A stretch of 64,000 nucleotides of DNA from Vicinamibacterales bacterium (lineage in GTDB: Bacteria > Acidobacteriota > Vicinamibacteria > Vicinamibacterales > CAVVIG01), in NCBI GenBank assembly GCA_965229885.1, contig CBDDJX010000003.1:1491060-1555059 (forward strand). Reading direction: 5' to 3'. The notes under the pieces were generated by a model that ran no database searches, was not told the DNA's origin, and worked only from the letters and a program-made list of their open reading frames with translations. Positions 38,133 through 46,631 of this stretch are shown here, piece by piece (the first letter of the stretch is position 1; each line of letters begins with the position of its first letter). The position numbers were made by a program, and so were the translations under genes.

Positions 38133-38954
38133 ATGAAGGCATCGCAGCTATGGCGACGTTCGCCGTTGGCTCTTGGTCTCTCGCTTCTGGCCGTCAGCGC
38201 GCTCGTGCAAGCGCAGACGACCCGCCAGCCGTTTCAGCCGGACGTGGGCCAGCCAGGAAAAGATGTCGTCTGGGTGCCGACGCCACAGGCACTTGTCGAC
38301 CGGATGCTCGACATGGCGAATGTCACGCCAAGGGATTACGTCATCGACCTCGGATCGGGCGACGGCCGGACGGTCGTCAGCGCGGCGAAGCGCGGAGCCC
38401 GGGCGCACGGCATCGAATACAACCCGGACATGGTGGCGCTATCCCAGCGGAATGCCGCCGCCGAAGGCCTGAGCGCCAGAGCGACGTTTGAGAAAGTCGA
38501 CATCTTCGAGGGTGATTTCTCGCAGGCGAGCGTGATCACCATGTTCTTGCTCCCTGAAATCAATCTCAGGCTGCGTCCGAAGATTCTCGATCTCAAGCCC
38601 GGCACCCGCATCGCGTCGAACAGCTTCACGATGGACGACTGGTCGCCCGACGAGACCTCCGTCGTCGGCGGTGACTGTGGGTCGTGGTGCACGGCGCTTT
38701 TCTGGATCGTGCCGGGAAAGGTCGCCGGCATCTGGCAGGTTCCTCAGGGGCAGCTCAATCTGGTGCAACGGTTTCAGATGCTGTCCGGCACACTCCGGAA
38801 CCCTGACGGGGCCCTCCCGATTCTCAACGGAAGACTGCGTGGCGATCAGGTCAGTTTCAGTGCCGGGGGTGTCGAGTACGCAGGGCGGGTCAGTGGCACC
38901 ACCATTGAGGGAACCTCGTCGGGACGTCCCGGCTGGCGCGCGACGCGCCCGTAG
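38133..38954 (+). CDS. Class I SAM-dependent methyltransferase with N-terminal signal peptide or anchor
   Basis: Signal-like N-terminus (LALGLSLLAVSALVQAQ). SAM motif I VIDLGSGDGR, followed by GIEYNPDMV and DIFEGDF. Confidence 0.75.
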   Translation: MKASQLWRRSPLALGLSLLAVSALVQAQTTRQPFQPDVGQPGKDVVWVPTPQALVDRMLDMANVTPRDYVIDLGSGDGRTVVSAAKRGARAHGIEYNPDMVALSQRNAAAEGLSARATFEKVDIFEGDFSQASVITMFLLPEINLRLRPKILDLKPGTRIASNSFTMDDWSPDETSVVGGDCGSWCTALFWIVPGKVAGIWQVPQGQLNLVQRFQMLSGTLRNPDGALPILNGRLRGDQVSFSAGGVEYAGRVSGTTIEGTSSGRPGWRATRP

Positions 38955-38957
38955 CGA

Positions 38958-39662
38958 CTATTCGCCCAGATACGCTTCGCGGACGCGCGGATGACTTGCG
39001 ATCGTCGAGGCTGTGCCTTCCAGGATGACTTCGCCGGTCTCGAGGACGTAACCGCGGTCGGAGTGCTTGAGCGCCGCGCTCGCGTTTTGCTCGACCACAA
39101 GCAACGTCGTCCCGGCGGCCTTGATCTCGTCGATCGTGCTGAAAATGGTGTGGCAGACAAGCGGTGCCAGTCCGAGCGAGGGCTCATCGAGCAGCAGGAG
39201 TTTCGGGTGCGACATGAGGGCCCGTGCGATGGCGAGCATCTGCTGCTCGCCTCCCGACAGCGTCCCGGCCGACTGACTGATCCGCTCTTTGAGCCTGGGA
39301 AAAAGCGTGAACCCGTACTCGAGGTCCCGCGCGATCGCGACTGGCTCCTTCTTGAGATAGGCGCCCATCTCGAGATTCTCGAGGACGGTCAGGTTGGCAA
39401 AAATCCCGCGGCCCTCAGGAGACATGGAGATGCCGCGCGCAACGCGGCGGTGCGCGGGGACGCCCGTGATCTCCTCGCCCTCGAAAATCACCCGTCCGCT
39501 TTTGGGCGTCAATAACCCCGTGATCGCCCGCAGCGTCGTCGACTTGCCGGCGCCGTTGGCCCCGATGAGCGCCACCACTTCGCCCGCGTTCACCGTAATC
39601 GACACGTTGCGGAGTGCGTGGATCGCGCCGTAGAAGACGTTGAGGTTCTCGATCAGGAGCAC
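38958..39662 (-). CDS. livF: Branched-chain amino acid ABC transporter ATP-binding protein LivF
   Basis: GANGAGKSTT Walker A, LSGGEQQML signature, LLLDEPS Walker B. Confidence 0.9.
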   Translation of the reverse strand: MLLIENLNVFYGAIHALRNVSITVNAGEVVALIGANGAGKSTTLRAITGLLTPKSGRVIFEGEEITGVPAHRRVARGISMSPEGRGIFANLTVLENLEMGAYLKKEPVAIARDLEYGFTLFPRLKERISQSAGTLSGGEQQMLAIARALMSHPKLLLLDEPSLGLAPLVCHTIFSTIDEIKAAGTTLLVVEQNASAALKHSDRGYVLETGEVILEGTASTIASHPRVREAYLGE

Positions 39663-39671
39663 AATGGTTCC

Positions 39672-40192
39672 TCACTTCCTGAGCCCCGCCTCCCAGTTGA
39701 GAACGACGGTGATCGGCGACGCCATCGCCTCGTCGACGGCCACGTTCATCAAGAAGCGGCCGTCAGGGGCGACCGCATACTGCTGCTTCCTGCTAGCGGC
39801 CAAATGACAGTAGCAAGCCGCGTCAGGAAGAGCGGCACGGGCGCGCCTGCCTCCAGCGTCTGCCGATCCATCCCCACTGTGACTGGCCCCGGAGTGGCTG
39901 AGCTGTCACCTGGTCGAGCGGGGAGTCGCGGAGATAACGCGCAGCGGGAATCGCCAACGCAGCGACGGCCACGAGCGCGATCGCCGCCCGCGGTTTGCCA
40001 GCGCTCGTCCGGATCTTTCACGAGGCATGTGCTGACGATGCGATCCAGTGCGGGCGGAGCAAGTGGCTCGAGGCTAGCAATCGACGGTGGCGTGTCCTTC
40101 AGGATCGCGCCAATCAAACTCGCGTGGCTCTTGCCCGTGAATGCCTTCCTGCCGGCGAGCATCTCGTACAGCACCGCGCCAAAGGCCGGCCG
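39672..40192 (-). pseudogene. Relic of a Ser/Thr protein kinase with beta-propeller (C-lobe fragment plus extreme C-terminus only)
   Basis: AFGAVLYEMLAGRKAFTGKS...CLVKDPDERWQTA (kinase subdomains IX-XI). The frame then breaks. A tail in another frame, YAVAPDGRFLMNV...SPITVVLNWEAGLRK*, ends 10 nt before the livF start. The catalytic N-lobe is absent. Confidence 0.6.
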
Positions 40193-40627
40193 CTACATCC
40201 CCGACCGTCGGAGAAACGCTTCGACGGCCTCGACAAGCTGCGGATAGATGTCCAGCGTCGTCGTGATGGCCGCGAGCACTTTCGCGTCGTCGATCCCCTC
40301 GTACTCGTGCACGAGGCGGTTTCGCAATCCGGCAGACGGCGCCAACCGCTGCGCGAGCTCGCGTGGAACAATCTGGAGCGTGCCGAGGGCGAGGAATCCG
40401 CCGTAGTAGTCCTCGGGAATCGCGGCGCCGTGCTCGGCGATCAGATGCGCGTTGATGTCCAGCGCGGCTTCGATGGCTTCCTGCAGGAGCCGCTCGGCGG
40501 CCTTCCGTTCGTACAGACGCTGTCGATACTCATCGAGCGACAGCCGCGCGAGCGGGCCAAGCGCGGTCAGCGCCTCCGCGATGTGACCGAGCTTCCGCCG
40601 AATGACGGCCGCGTCGACCGGACTCAC
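40193..40627 (-). CDS. hepT: HEPN-domain toxin HepT (DUF86)
   Basis: 144 aa with the RX4-6H motif RNRLVHEY. Overlaps the upstream MNT gene by 4 nt. Confidence 0.85.
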   Translation of the reverse strand: MSPVDAAVIRRKLGHIAEALTALGPLARLSLDEYRQRLYERKAAERLLQEAIEAALDINAHLIAEHGAAIPEDYYGGFLALGTLQIVPRELAQRLAPSAGLRNRLVHEYEGIDDAKVLAAITTTLDIYPQLVEAVEAFLRRSGM

Positions 40628-41094
40628 GCCGGACGTTCGCGCGCGAGAAAGACCTCGAGCGACCTTCGCTGCGCGTCCCGCAGCTTCTTCGTGTCGGCGT
40701 ACCGGCGCGACGCCAGCGATTGAAACTCCCGGAACAGGCCGGGGGCCTGCTCGAACAACACCAGACCCCGGCGCGCGACTTCAAAGGCGAGGAGGGGGCC
40801 GGCGTGCCGCAGGTCGACGAGATCGAGGCGGTTGGTCTTCAGATGCGGCGCGAGGAGCAAGTACAGCACGTCCAGATTCGCCACGCCGCCAGTCAACACC
40901 GCGACGTCCACATCGCTTCGCGCGCTCGCCCGGCCACGAGCCATCGAACCGAACAACACGACGAGCCGAAGCTCCGGCATCGACGCCGCGGCCTCGGCGA
41001 GATCATCCCGAACCGACTCGGGCGAGAAGCTCAGTTCCACGCGGCCACTGTAGCGACCGGTTCGGTGAGGTGTCAACCTCTCGTATCGCGCCAT
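40624..41094 (-). CDS. mntA: MNT-domain nucleotidyltransferase antitoxin MntA; 5' end abuts or overlaps the IS terminus
   Basis: LFGSMARGRASARSDVDVAVL (GSxxRG...DxD). The first 8 codons from the ATG at 41094 (MARYERLT) lie inside the IS end. An alternative GTG at 41040 lies outside it. Confidence 0.8.
   Translation of the reverse strand: MARYERLTPHRTGRYSGRVELSFSPESVRDDLAEAAASMPELRLVVLFGSMARGRASARSDVDVAVLTGGVANLDVLYLLLAPHLKTNRLDLVDLRHAGPLLAFEVARRGLVLFEQAPGLFREFQSLASRRYADTKKLRDAQRRSLEVFLARERPA
41047..41076 (-). promoter_or_regulatory. Candidate hybrid promoter: IS-terminal TTGACA, N18, then TACAGT
   Basis: On the minus strand, TTGACA is at 41076..41071 (the IS terminus). An 18-nt spacer follows, then TACAGT at 41052..41047, 6 nt before GTG 41040. 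Confidence 0.3.
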
Positions 41095-42455
41095 GGTAAG
41101 TGTGACCGAAGGAAAGTATCGTCGCGCCCTAAAGGGTGTTACCCAAGCGGGTGTGCCACAGGAGGGCACCCGCGTGGGACCACAGGCGAGGCCGGAGTAT
41201 TTGGCGCCGATGCGGGACCGGTACGTGGGGGCCTCGCGGACGGAGAAGGGGCGCGTGCTCACAGAGGCGGTGACGGTGACGGGCTACCATCGGAAGGCGA
41301 TCATTCGGGCCTGGCGGCGGCCAGCCGTGCGGCCCCCGCGGGGCCCGCGTCGGGGCCGACCCACGCGCTATGACGCCGCGGGGGTGCGGGCACTCCGGGC
41401 GGTCTGGGTCGCGGCGGGCGATCCGTGGGCCCGCCGCCTGAAGGCCCTGCTGCCGACGTGGCTGCCGTGGGCCCGCCGCCGCCTCGCGGTGTCGCCCGCC
41501 ACCGAAGCGAAGGTGCGCACCATCAGCCCGCGCCAGATCGATCGCCTGCTGGCGCCCGACCAGCGCACGATCCGCTGACGGCTGTATGGGCGCACCAAAC
41601 CCGGCCCGCTGTTGAAGCACCACATTCTGGGCAAGACCGATCACTGGGACGTCACCGAGCCCGGCTTCACCGAGGTGGACCTGGTGAGTCACTCGGGCGA
41701 CCGCGCCGATGGGGACTTCCTCCATACGCTGAATCTCACCGACATTCAGACCACCTGGGTCGAACACGGCGCCGTCATGAGGAAAAGTCAGGTCCGGGTC
41801 CAGGAACGGCTCGACCACTTGCGCGCGGCCTTGCCCTTCGCGCTCCGAGGGATCGACTCCGACAACGGCTCGGAGTTCATCAACGCGCATCTGCACCGGT
41901 ACTGCCGGGCGCAGCAGATTCAATTCACGCGGGGGCGGCCGTACAAGAAGAACGACAACGCGCATATCGAACAAAAGAACTGGACCCACGTCCGGAAGCT
42001 GATGGGCTATGTGCGGTATGACTCGGCGGGGGCCCTCGCAGCGATGAACGATGTGTAGGCCGACCTGCGGCTGTTGCAGAATCTCTTTCTGCCGTCGGTG
42101 CAACTCCAGCGCAAAGAACGCATCGGCGCCCGCCGGCGCCGGTACTACGACGCGCCGCAGACCCCGTTGGAGCGCGTCCAGGCCCACGCCGCGAAGGTGG
42201 TGGCGCTCGTGCGCCAGCGGGACCGGCTCGATCCGTTCGCGCTCGCGGCGCGCATTGACCGCAAGCTCGCGCGGGTCTATGCCCTCGCGAATCATCGGCG
42301 CGGGCTGGTGCCCTCGACGGCGGGGGCCGCGGAGACACACGCAAAGACCGCGCGGGTCTCCGCGGCCCTGTCGCTCAAAGACCTCTTCCCGTCGGTAACA
42401 CCAAATATGGCGCGACGACGCGCCGCCCGGTAACACTTACTTATGGCTCGACACG
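41071..42455 (+). mobile_element. rve/DDE-type insertion sequence, copy 1 (defective)
   Basis: Near-identical to 54255..55545. Termini TGTC...GACA(CG) with imperfect subterminal IRs (GCCATGGTAAGTGTGACC vs GCCATAAGTAAGTGTTACC). No target duplication seen. Confidence 0.8.
41174..42433 (+). pseudogene. DDE (rve) transposase, single frame interrupted by TGA (41576-41578) and TAG (42056-42058)
   Basis: AGGAGG sits 7 nt before GTG 41174. DDE core DLVSHSGD..., GIDSDNGSEFIN, NDNAHIEQKNW. ORFs 41093.., 41612.. and 42074.. are all in one frame. Confidence 0.8.
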
Positions 42456-42679
42456 TGGTTCAGTAAGGCCATTTCTGCATCCCCGAGTTCCTTCCCATCG
42501 GGCCGCCACCCAGGCCGGGTCCCACCCGCCGTCGACACCTGCCGGAGGCCCCCCGGCCCGATTCGTTCGACCGATACGCCATCCATCGTCCATCAGGAGA
42601 AGCTGCCCCACCACCTCCCTGGAAAGGCGCCTTTCATGGGCATGGGCCCTGGACTCCTGGCTCTGGGGTCCAGCGGGGC

Positions 42680-42706
42680 GAACCCTGAACCTTTGAACCC
42701 TGAACC
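42680..42706. repeat. GAACCCTGAACC duplicated with a TTT spacer, just downstream of the livG stop
   Basis: Read directly: gaaccctgaacc ttt gaaccctgaacc. Confidence 0.7.
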
Positions 42707-42709
42707 GCA

Positions 42710-43480
42710 CTATCCTCCCCCGAGATACGCCTCAATCACTTTCGGGTTTTGCTGAATCTCGCGGGGAGGGCCGATGGCGATCGCCTCGCCGTAGTCAATG
42801 ACTTGAATCGTCTCGCAGATGCCCATCACCACTTTCATGTTGTGCTCCACGAGCAGGACGGTGATTCGGAACTCGTCGCGCAGCCAGCGGATCAGGCGCA
42901 TCAAGTCGAGCGATTCCTGCGGGTTCATGCCGGCGGCCGGCTCGTCGAGCAGAAGGAGCTTCGGTTCGGTCGCGAGCGCGCGCGCAATCTCCAGCCGCCG
43001 CTGGCTGCCGTAAGGCAGGCTCGTGGCGGGCTCGTTCGCGAGGCGGTCGAGCTCGAAGATCTTCAACAGTGCCATCGCGCGGTCTCGCATCTCGCGCTCT
43101 TCAACATGGTGGCGACCCGTGTCGAGTACAGCGTCCGCGAGCACCTGGCGGCTTCGCAGATGGCGCGCCGCCAGCACGTTCTCGAGGACCGTCATATCGG
43201 CGAACAGGCGGATATTCTGAAACGTCCGCGCTACGCCGAGTTTCGCGATTTGATAGGGTTTCTTGCCATCGATTCGCGTGCCGTCGAAAACGATTTCGCC
43301 TTCCGAGGGGTTGCTTTGGCCAGTGAGGAGATTGAACACGGTCGTCTTGCCTGCGCCGTTCGGTCCGATGAGCCCGTAGAGGGCACCACGCGCGACGTTA
43401 ATCGTGAGCGCCTTGACGGCTGTCAGACCGCCAAAGCGTTTCGTGACATTGCGCGCCTCGAGTAGCCACGGGCCGGACAT
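42710..43480 (-). CDS. livG: Branched-chain amino acid ABC transporter ATP-binding protein LivG
   Basis: The ATG at 43480 overlaps the livM stop (ATGA). GPNGAGKTT, LPYGSQRRLEIARAL, LLLDEPAAG. Confidence 0.9.
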   Translation of the reverse strand: MSGPWLLEARNVTKRFGGLTAVKALTINVARGALYGLIGPNGAGKTTVFNLLTGQSNPSEGEIVFDGTRIDGKKPYQIAKLGVARTFQNIRLFADMTVLENVLAARHLRSRQVLADAVLDTGRHHVEEREMRDRAMALLKIFELDRLANEPATSLPYGSQRRLEIARALATEPKLLLLDEPAAGMNPQESLDLMRLIRWLRDEFRITVLLVEHNMKVVMGICETIQVIDYGEAIAIGPPREIQQNPKVIEAYLGGG

Positions 43481-44514
43481 CAGCGCATGCCGCCTTCGAC
43501 GGCCGGCCGGCGGCCCGGCAGCCGCAGCCAGCCCCATCCCAATTCGCGTCGGCCGAATAATCCCTGCGGACGAAAAATCATGAGCAGGATGAGCAGTAGG
43601 GCATACAGGACCATGCGCAGGCCTGGGAACTGCTGATCGAACGTCCGCAGGGCTTCAGGCAGGATGGTCAATGTCGTTGCGCCGAAGACGGCGCCCGTGA
43701 TCGAGCCGATCCCGCCGAGCACGATCATGACGATGATCTCGATCGATTTCACGAAGTTGAGATTTTGCGGATTCAGAGGATTCGCAAACAGCTGGCCCGA
43801 CAGGCCGCCTGCGACGCCGGCGAGCGCCGCGCTGATGACGAAGGCGAGCACTTTGCACCGCGTCGTATTCACGCCCATCGCCTCGGCGGCGATCTCGTCC
43901 GCCCGCACGGCGGCGAGCGCGCGCCCGAACGTCGAGATGGCTATATTGCGGACGATGACGATCGTCATGATCGCCATCGCGAAGATCCAGAAGAAGTTCG
44001 TTATCGGGATCGCATCGGTGAAGCCGGTCGCGCCGCCGACGGCGGGAATATTCAAAATGACGACACGGATGATTTCGCCGAAGCCCAGCGTCGCGATCGC
44101 GAGGTAGTCTCCCTTGAGGCGCAGCGAAGGGATGCCCACCACGAGCCCGGCCACCGCCGCGGCGAAGGCGCCCGCGACGAGACTCAGCGCCATCACGACC
44201 GAGGCGCCGGCGCCGTCGGCGAGCGTACTGCCGGCGAGGGCAGCAATCTGCCTCCCGTAGTACACCGTCAGGTAGGTGGCGGTATAACCGCCGACCGCCA
44301 TGAACCCGGCATGGCCGATCGAGAACTGTCCAGCAAGCCCGTTAATGAGGTTCAGGCTCACCGCCAGCGTGATGTTGATGCCAATCAGGTTCAGGATGCG
44401 TGCGTAGTAGGGATTGATCTGGAAGTCCCCGAAGCCGTGCTCGAAGATCTGATTGAGTCCAAGCAGGACGGCCATCGTGACGACCACGACAATCACCTTC
44501 CTGGTGCCGCTCAC
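43480..44514 (-). CDS. livM: Branched-chain amino acid ABC transporter permease LivM
   Basis: GTG at 44514, just after the livH stop. Polytopic membrane protein with GQFSIGHAGFMAVGGY. Confidence 0.85.
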   Translation of the reverse strand: MSGTRKVIVVVVTMAVLLGLNQIFEHGFGDFQINPYYARILNLIGINITLAVSLNLINGLAGQFSIGHAGFMAVGGYTATYLTVYYGRQIAALAGSTLADGAGASVVMALSLVAGAFAAAVAGLVVGIPSLRLKGDYLAIATLGFGEIIRVVILNIPAVGGATGFTDAIPITNFFWIFAMAIMTIVIVRNIAISTFGRALAAVRADEIAAEAMGVNTTRCKVLAFVISAALAGVAGGLSGQLFANPLNPQNLNFVKSIEIIVMIVLGGIGSITGAVFGATTLTILPEALRTFDQQFPGLRMVLYALLLILLMIFRPQGLFGRRELGWGWLRLPGRRPAVEGGMR

Positions 44515-44519
44515 GCGCC

Positions 44520-45419
44520 CTACACCTTCTCCGGCCCGGCAGTTCCGAGAATGCCGGCCGGCCGCACGAGCAGGATGACGATCAGCACGCCGAAGGCGAC
44601 GGCGTCCCGATACGTGGAGTAGGCCGTGGCGCCGAGCCACGTTTCCATCAGCCCAATCAGCATTCCGCCAAGCATCGCCCCAGGAATGTTGCCGATGCCG
44701 CCGAGCACGGCGGCCACGAACGCCTTCAACCCGGTCATCAATCCCATCAGGGGATCGATTCTCGGGATCGCCAGCGCCACCAGCACGCCCGCCGCCGCCG
44801 CCAGCGCGGAGCCGAGGGCAAAGGTAAAGGCGATCACGAAATCGGTATTGATGCCCATGAGCGTGGCCACCGGGAGGTTGTAGGAGGTCGCACGCATCGC
44901 TTTGCCAATCTTCGTGCGATGGACCACGAAGTGAAGGCCGAACATCATCACGACGGCCGCCACGATGATGAGGAGGCTCTGGTTCGTGATCTGGACGCCG
45001 CCGAGCGAGTAGATTTTGGACCGCACCATCTGCGGGAAGAAGCGGGGAGTGGCGCCGAAGACGACCTGCCCGCCGTACTCGAGGAGCAATGAGACGCCGA
45101 TTGCGGTAATCAGCGAGGTGAGCCGGGAATGGTGCCGCACGGGCCTGTACGCCAGGCGTTCGATCAGGATGCCAACGACCGCACAGACCGCCATCGCGCT
45201 GATCGTGACGAGAATCGCCCAGAGAATCGACGGATTGGCGTCCAGTTTGAGCGCGTTGGCGATGAAGTAGCCGGCGAACGCCCCGAGCATGTACACGTCG
45301 CCGTGCGCGAAGTTAATGAGGTGTAGCACGCCGTACACCATCGTGTAGCCGAGCGCGATCAGTGCGTAGATGGCTCCGAGCGAAAGACCGTTAATGAGCT
45401 ACTGGAGGAAGGTTTCCAA
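44520..45419 (-). pseudogene. livH: Branched-chain amino acid ABC transporter permease LivH with an in-frame amber at codon 7
   Basis: TTG at 45419 follows the livK stop directly. It reads M-E-T-F-L-Q-TAG-L-I-N-G-L-S-L-G-A-I-Y-A-L-I-A-L-G-Y-T-M-V-Y-G. The TAG (45401..45399) sits where the conserved FLQQLINGL motif has Q. Confidence 0.75.
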
Positions 45420-46616
45420 TTAGTTTGGATTGATCGTCGTCCTGTAGACGAACTTCACCTGGCCGTTGGCGTAGGTGACCTCTTGGATCACGGCCGGTTT
45501 GTCGACATCACGCTTCGCGTTGATCTTGAGGCGCCCAGTCACGCCTGGGACGTCGGCTTGCGCCAGCGCATCGCGCAACGCCGGCCCCGCGGTGGAGTTC
45601 GCTCGCGTCATCGCGTCGGCGAGGACCTTGACGGCGTCGTACGCGAGCGCGGCGATCGCGTCAGGTTCACGGGTGAATCTCGCGCGGTACGCGCTGACGA
45701 AGTTCTGGACCACCGGATCCGGGTTGTCGCCAGAATAATGGTTGGAAATGTAGGTGTTGTTCAGTGCCTCGCGGCCGTTCTTGAGCGCATCACCGACCCA
45801 GCCGTCGCCTCCGAGTATCGGCATCTTCATGCCGAGCTCGCGCGCCTGGCGCACGATGATCGCCGCTTCTGGATAGTACCCGGTGGCGAAGACCGCGTCC
45901 GGCTTCTGGCTGCGGACCTGCGTCAGGATCGCCTTGAAGTCGGAATCGCCCGAGCTGTAGCTGACCGGAGCGAGTACCTGGCCGCCGAGTGCGCTGAAGT
46001 GCTTCATGATCGCATCGGTCAGGCCCACCGAGTAGTCCTGCTGAATGTCCTTGAGGATCGCGACCTTCCGTGCTTTGAGATCGTGATACGCGAACTTGGC
46101 GAGCACCTCGCCCTGGAACGGGTCGATGAAGCACACGCGGAAGATGTAGTCGCCGACCTCGGTCACGCGCTCGTTGGTCGACGACGGGCTGATCATCGGG
46201 ACCATGTACTTCTGGCAGATCGGCGCCGCCGCGAGCGAACGGCGGCTGGCGACCTCGCCGAGCACGGCGACGACCCTGTCCCGGGTGACGAGTTTCGTGA
46301 CGGCGTTCGACGCCTCTTCGGGCTTGCTCTGATCGTCCTCGACGAGGAGCTTGATCTTGCGACCGCCCAGCAGGCCGCCGCTGTTGTTGATCTCATCGAC
46401 GGCGAGCTCCGTGCCCTCTCGCGATGATTGACCGAACGACGCGCCGTCGCCGGTGAGCGATCCGTACATGCCGACGACGATGTCGCCGGTGGTGGTGTCG
46501 GTGCCGCCCGTTCCGGACTTGCGCTCGCACGCGACGGCTGTCGAAAGTAGCACCGCGCAGGCGAGCGCGAGCCGGCCAACCTCGCGAGAGAAGGCACCGA
46601 GTCTCATAGGCTGCAT
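45420..46616 (-). CDS. livK: Branched-chain amino acid ABC transporter substrate-binding lipoprotein (LivK-type)
   Basis: Signal peptide plus lipobox (LLSTAVAC). Type I periplasmic-binding fold sequence (VVGMYGSLTGDGASFG..., ILGGDGW). Confidence 0.88.
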   Translation of the reverse strand: MQPMRLGAFSREVGRLALACAVLLSTAVACERKSGTGGTDTTTGDIVVGMYGSLTGDGASFGQSSREGTELAVDEINNSGGLLGGRKIKLLVEDDQSKPEEASNAVTKLVTRDRVVAVLGEVASRRSLAAAPICQKYMVPMISPSSTNERVTEVGDYIFRVCFIDPFQGEVLAKFAYHDLKARKVAILKDIQQDYSVGLTDAIMKHFSALGGQVLAPVSYSSGDSDFKAILTQVRSQKPDAVFATGYYPEAAIIVRQARELGMKMPILGGDGWVGDALKNGREALNNTYISNHYSGDNPDPVVQNFVSAYRARFTREPDAIAALAYDAVKVLADAMTRANSTAGPALRDALAQADVPGVTGRLKINAKRDVDKPAVIQEVTYANGQVKFVYRTTINPN

Positions 46617-46631
46617 TCTAACGTATCAACA

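Noticed and set aside
41060-41080. Target-site duplications for the two rve-IS copies and the IS481 element.
   Set aside because: Flanks compared by eye (gtgagg/tggttc, gggcac/ggcggt, gacagatc/cttctgtt) show no direct repeat of 2-10 bp at any plausible boundary. I therefore make no claim about the insertion mechanism.
42441-42710. 89-aa ORF in the spacer between IS copy 1 and livG.
   Set aside because: It has Arg/Gly/Pro-rich composition and no start context or motif. It overlaps the IS end and is most likely non-coding. The 254-bp spacer itself remains unexplained.
45399-45401. Possibility that TAG is a sense codon, given in-frame TAG in livH and in both IS transposase copies.
   Set aside because: TAG is the stop codon of several conserved genes here at their expected ends: the KH protein gene, trmD, rplS, rnhB and frr. 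Ordinary nonsense mutation is the simpler explanation.
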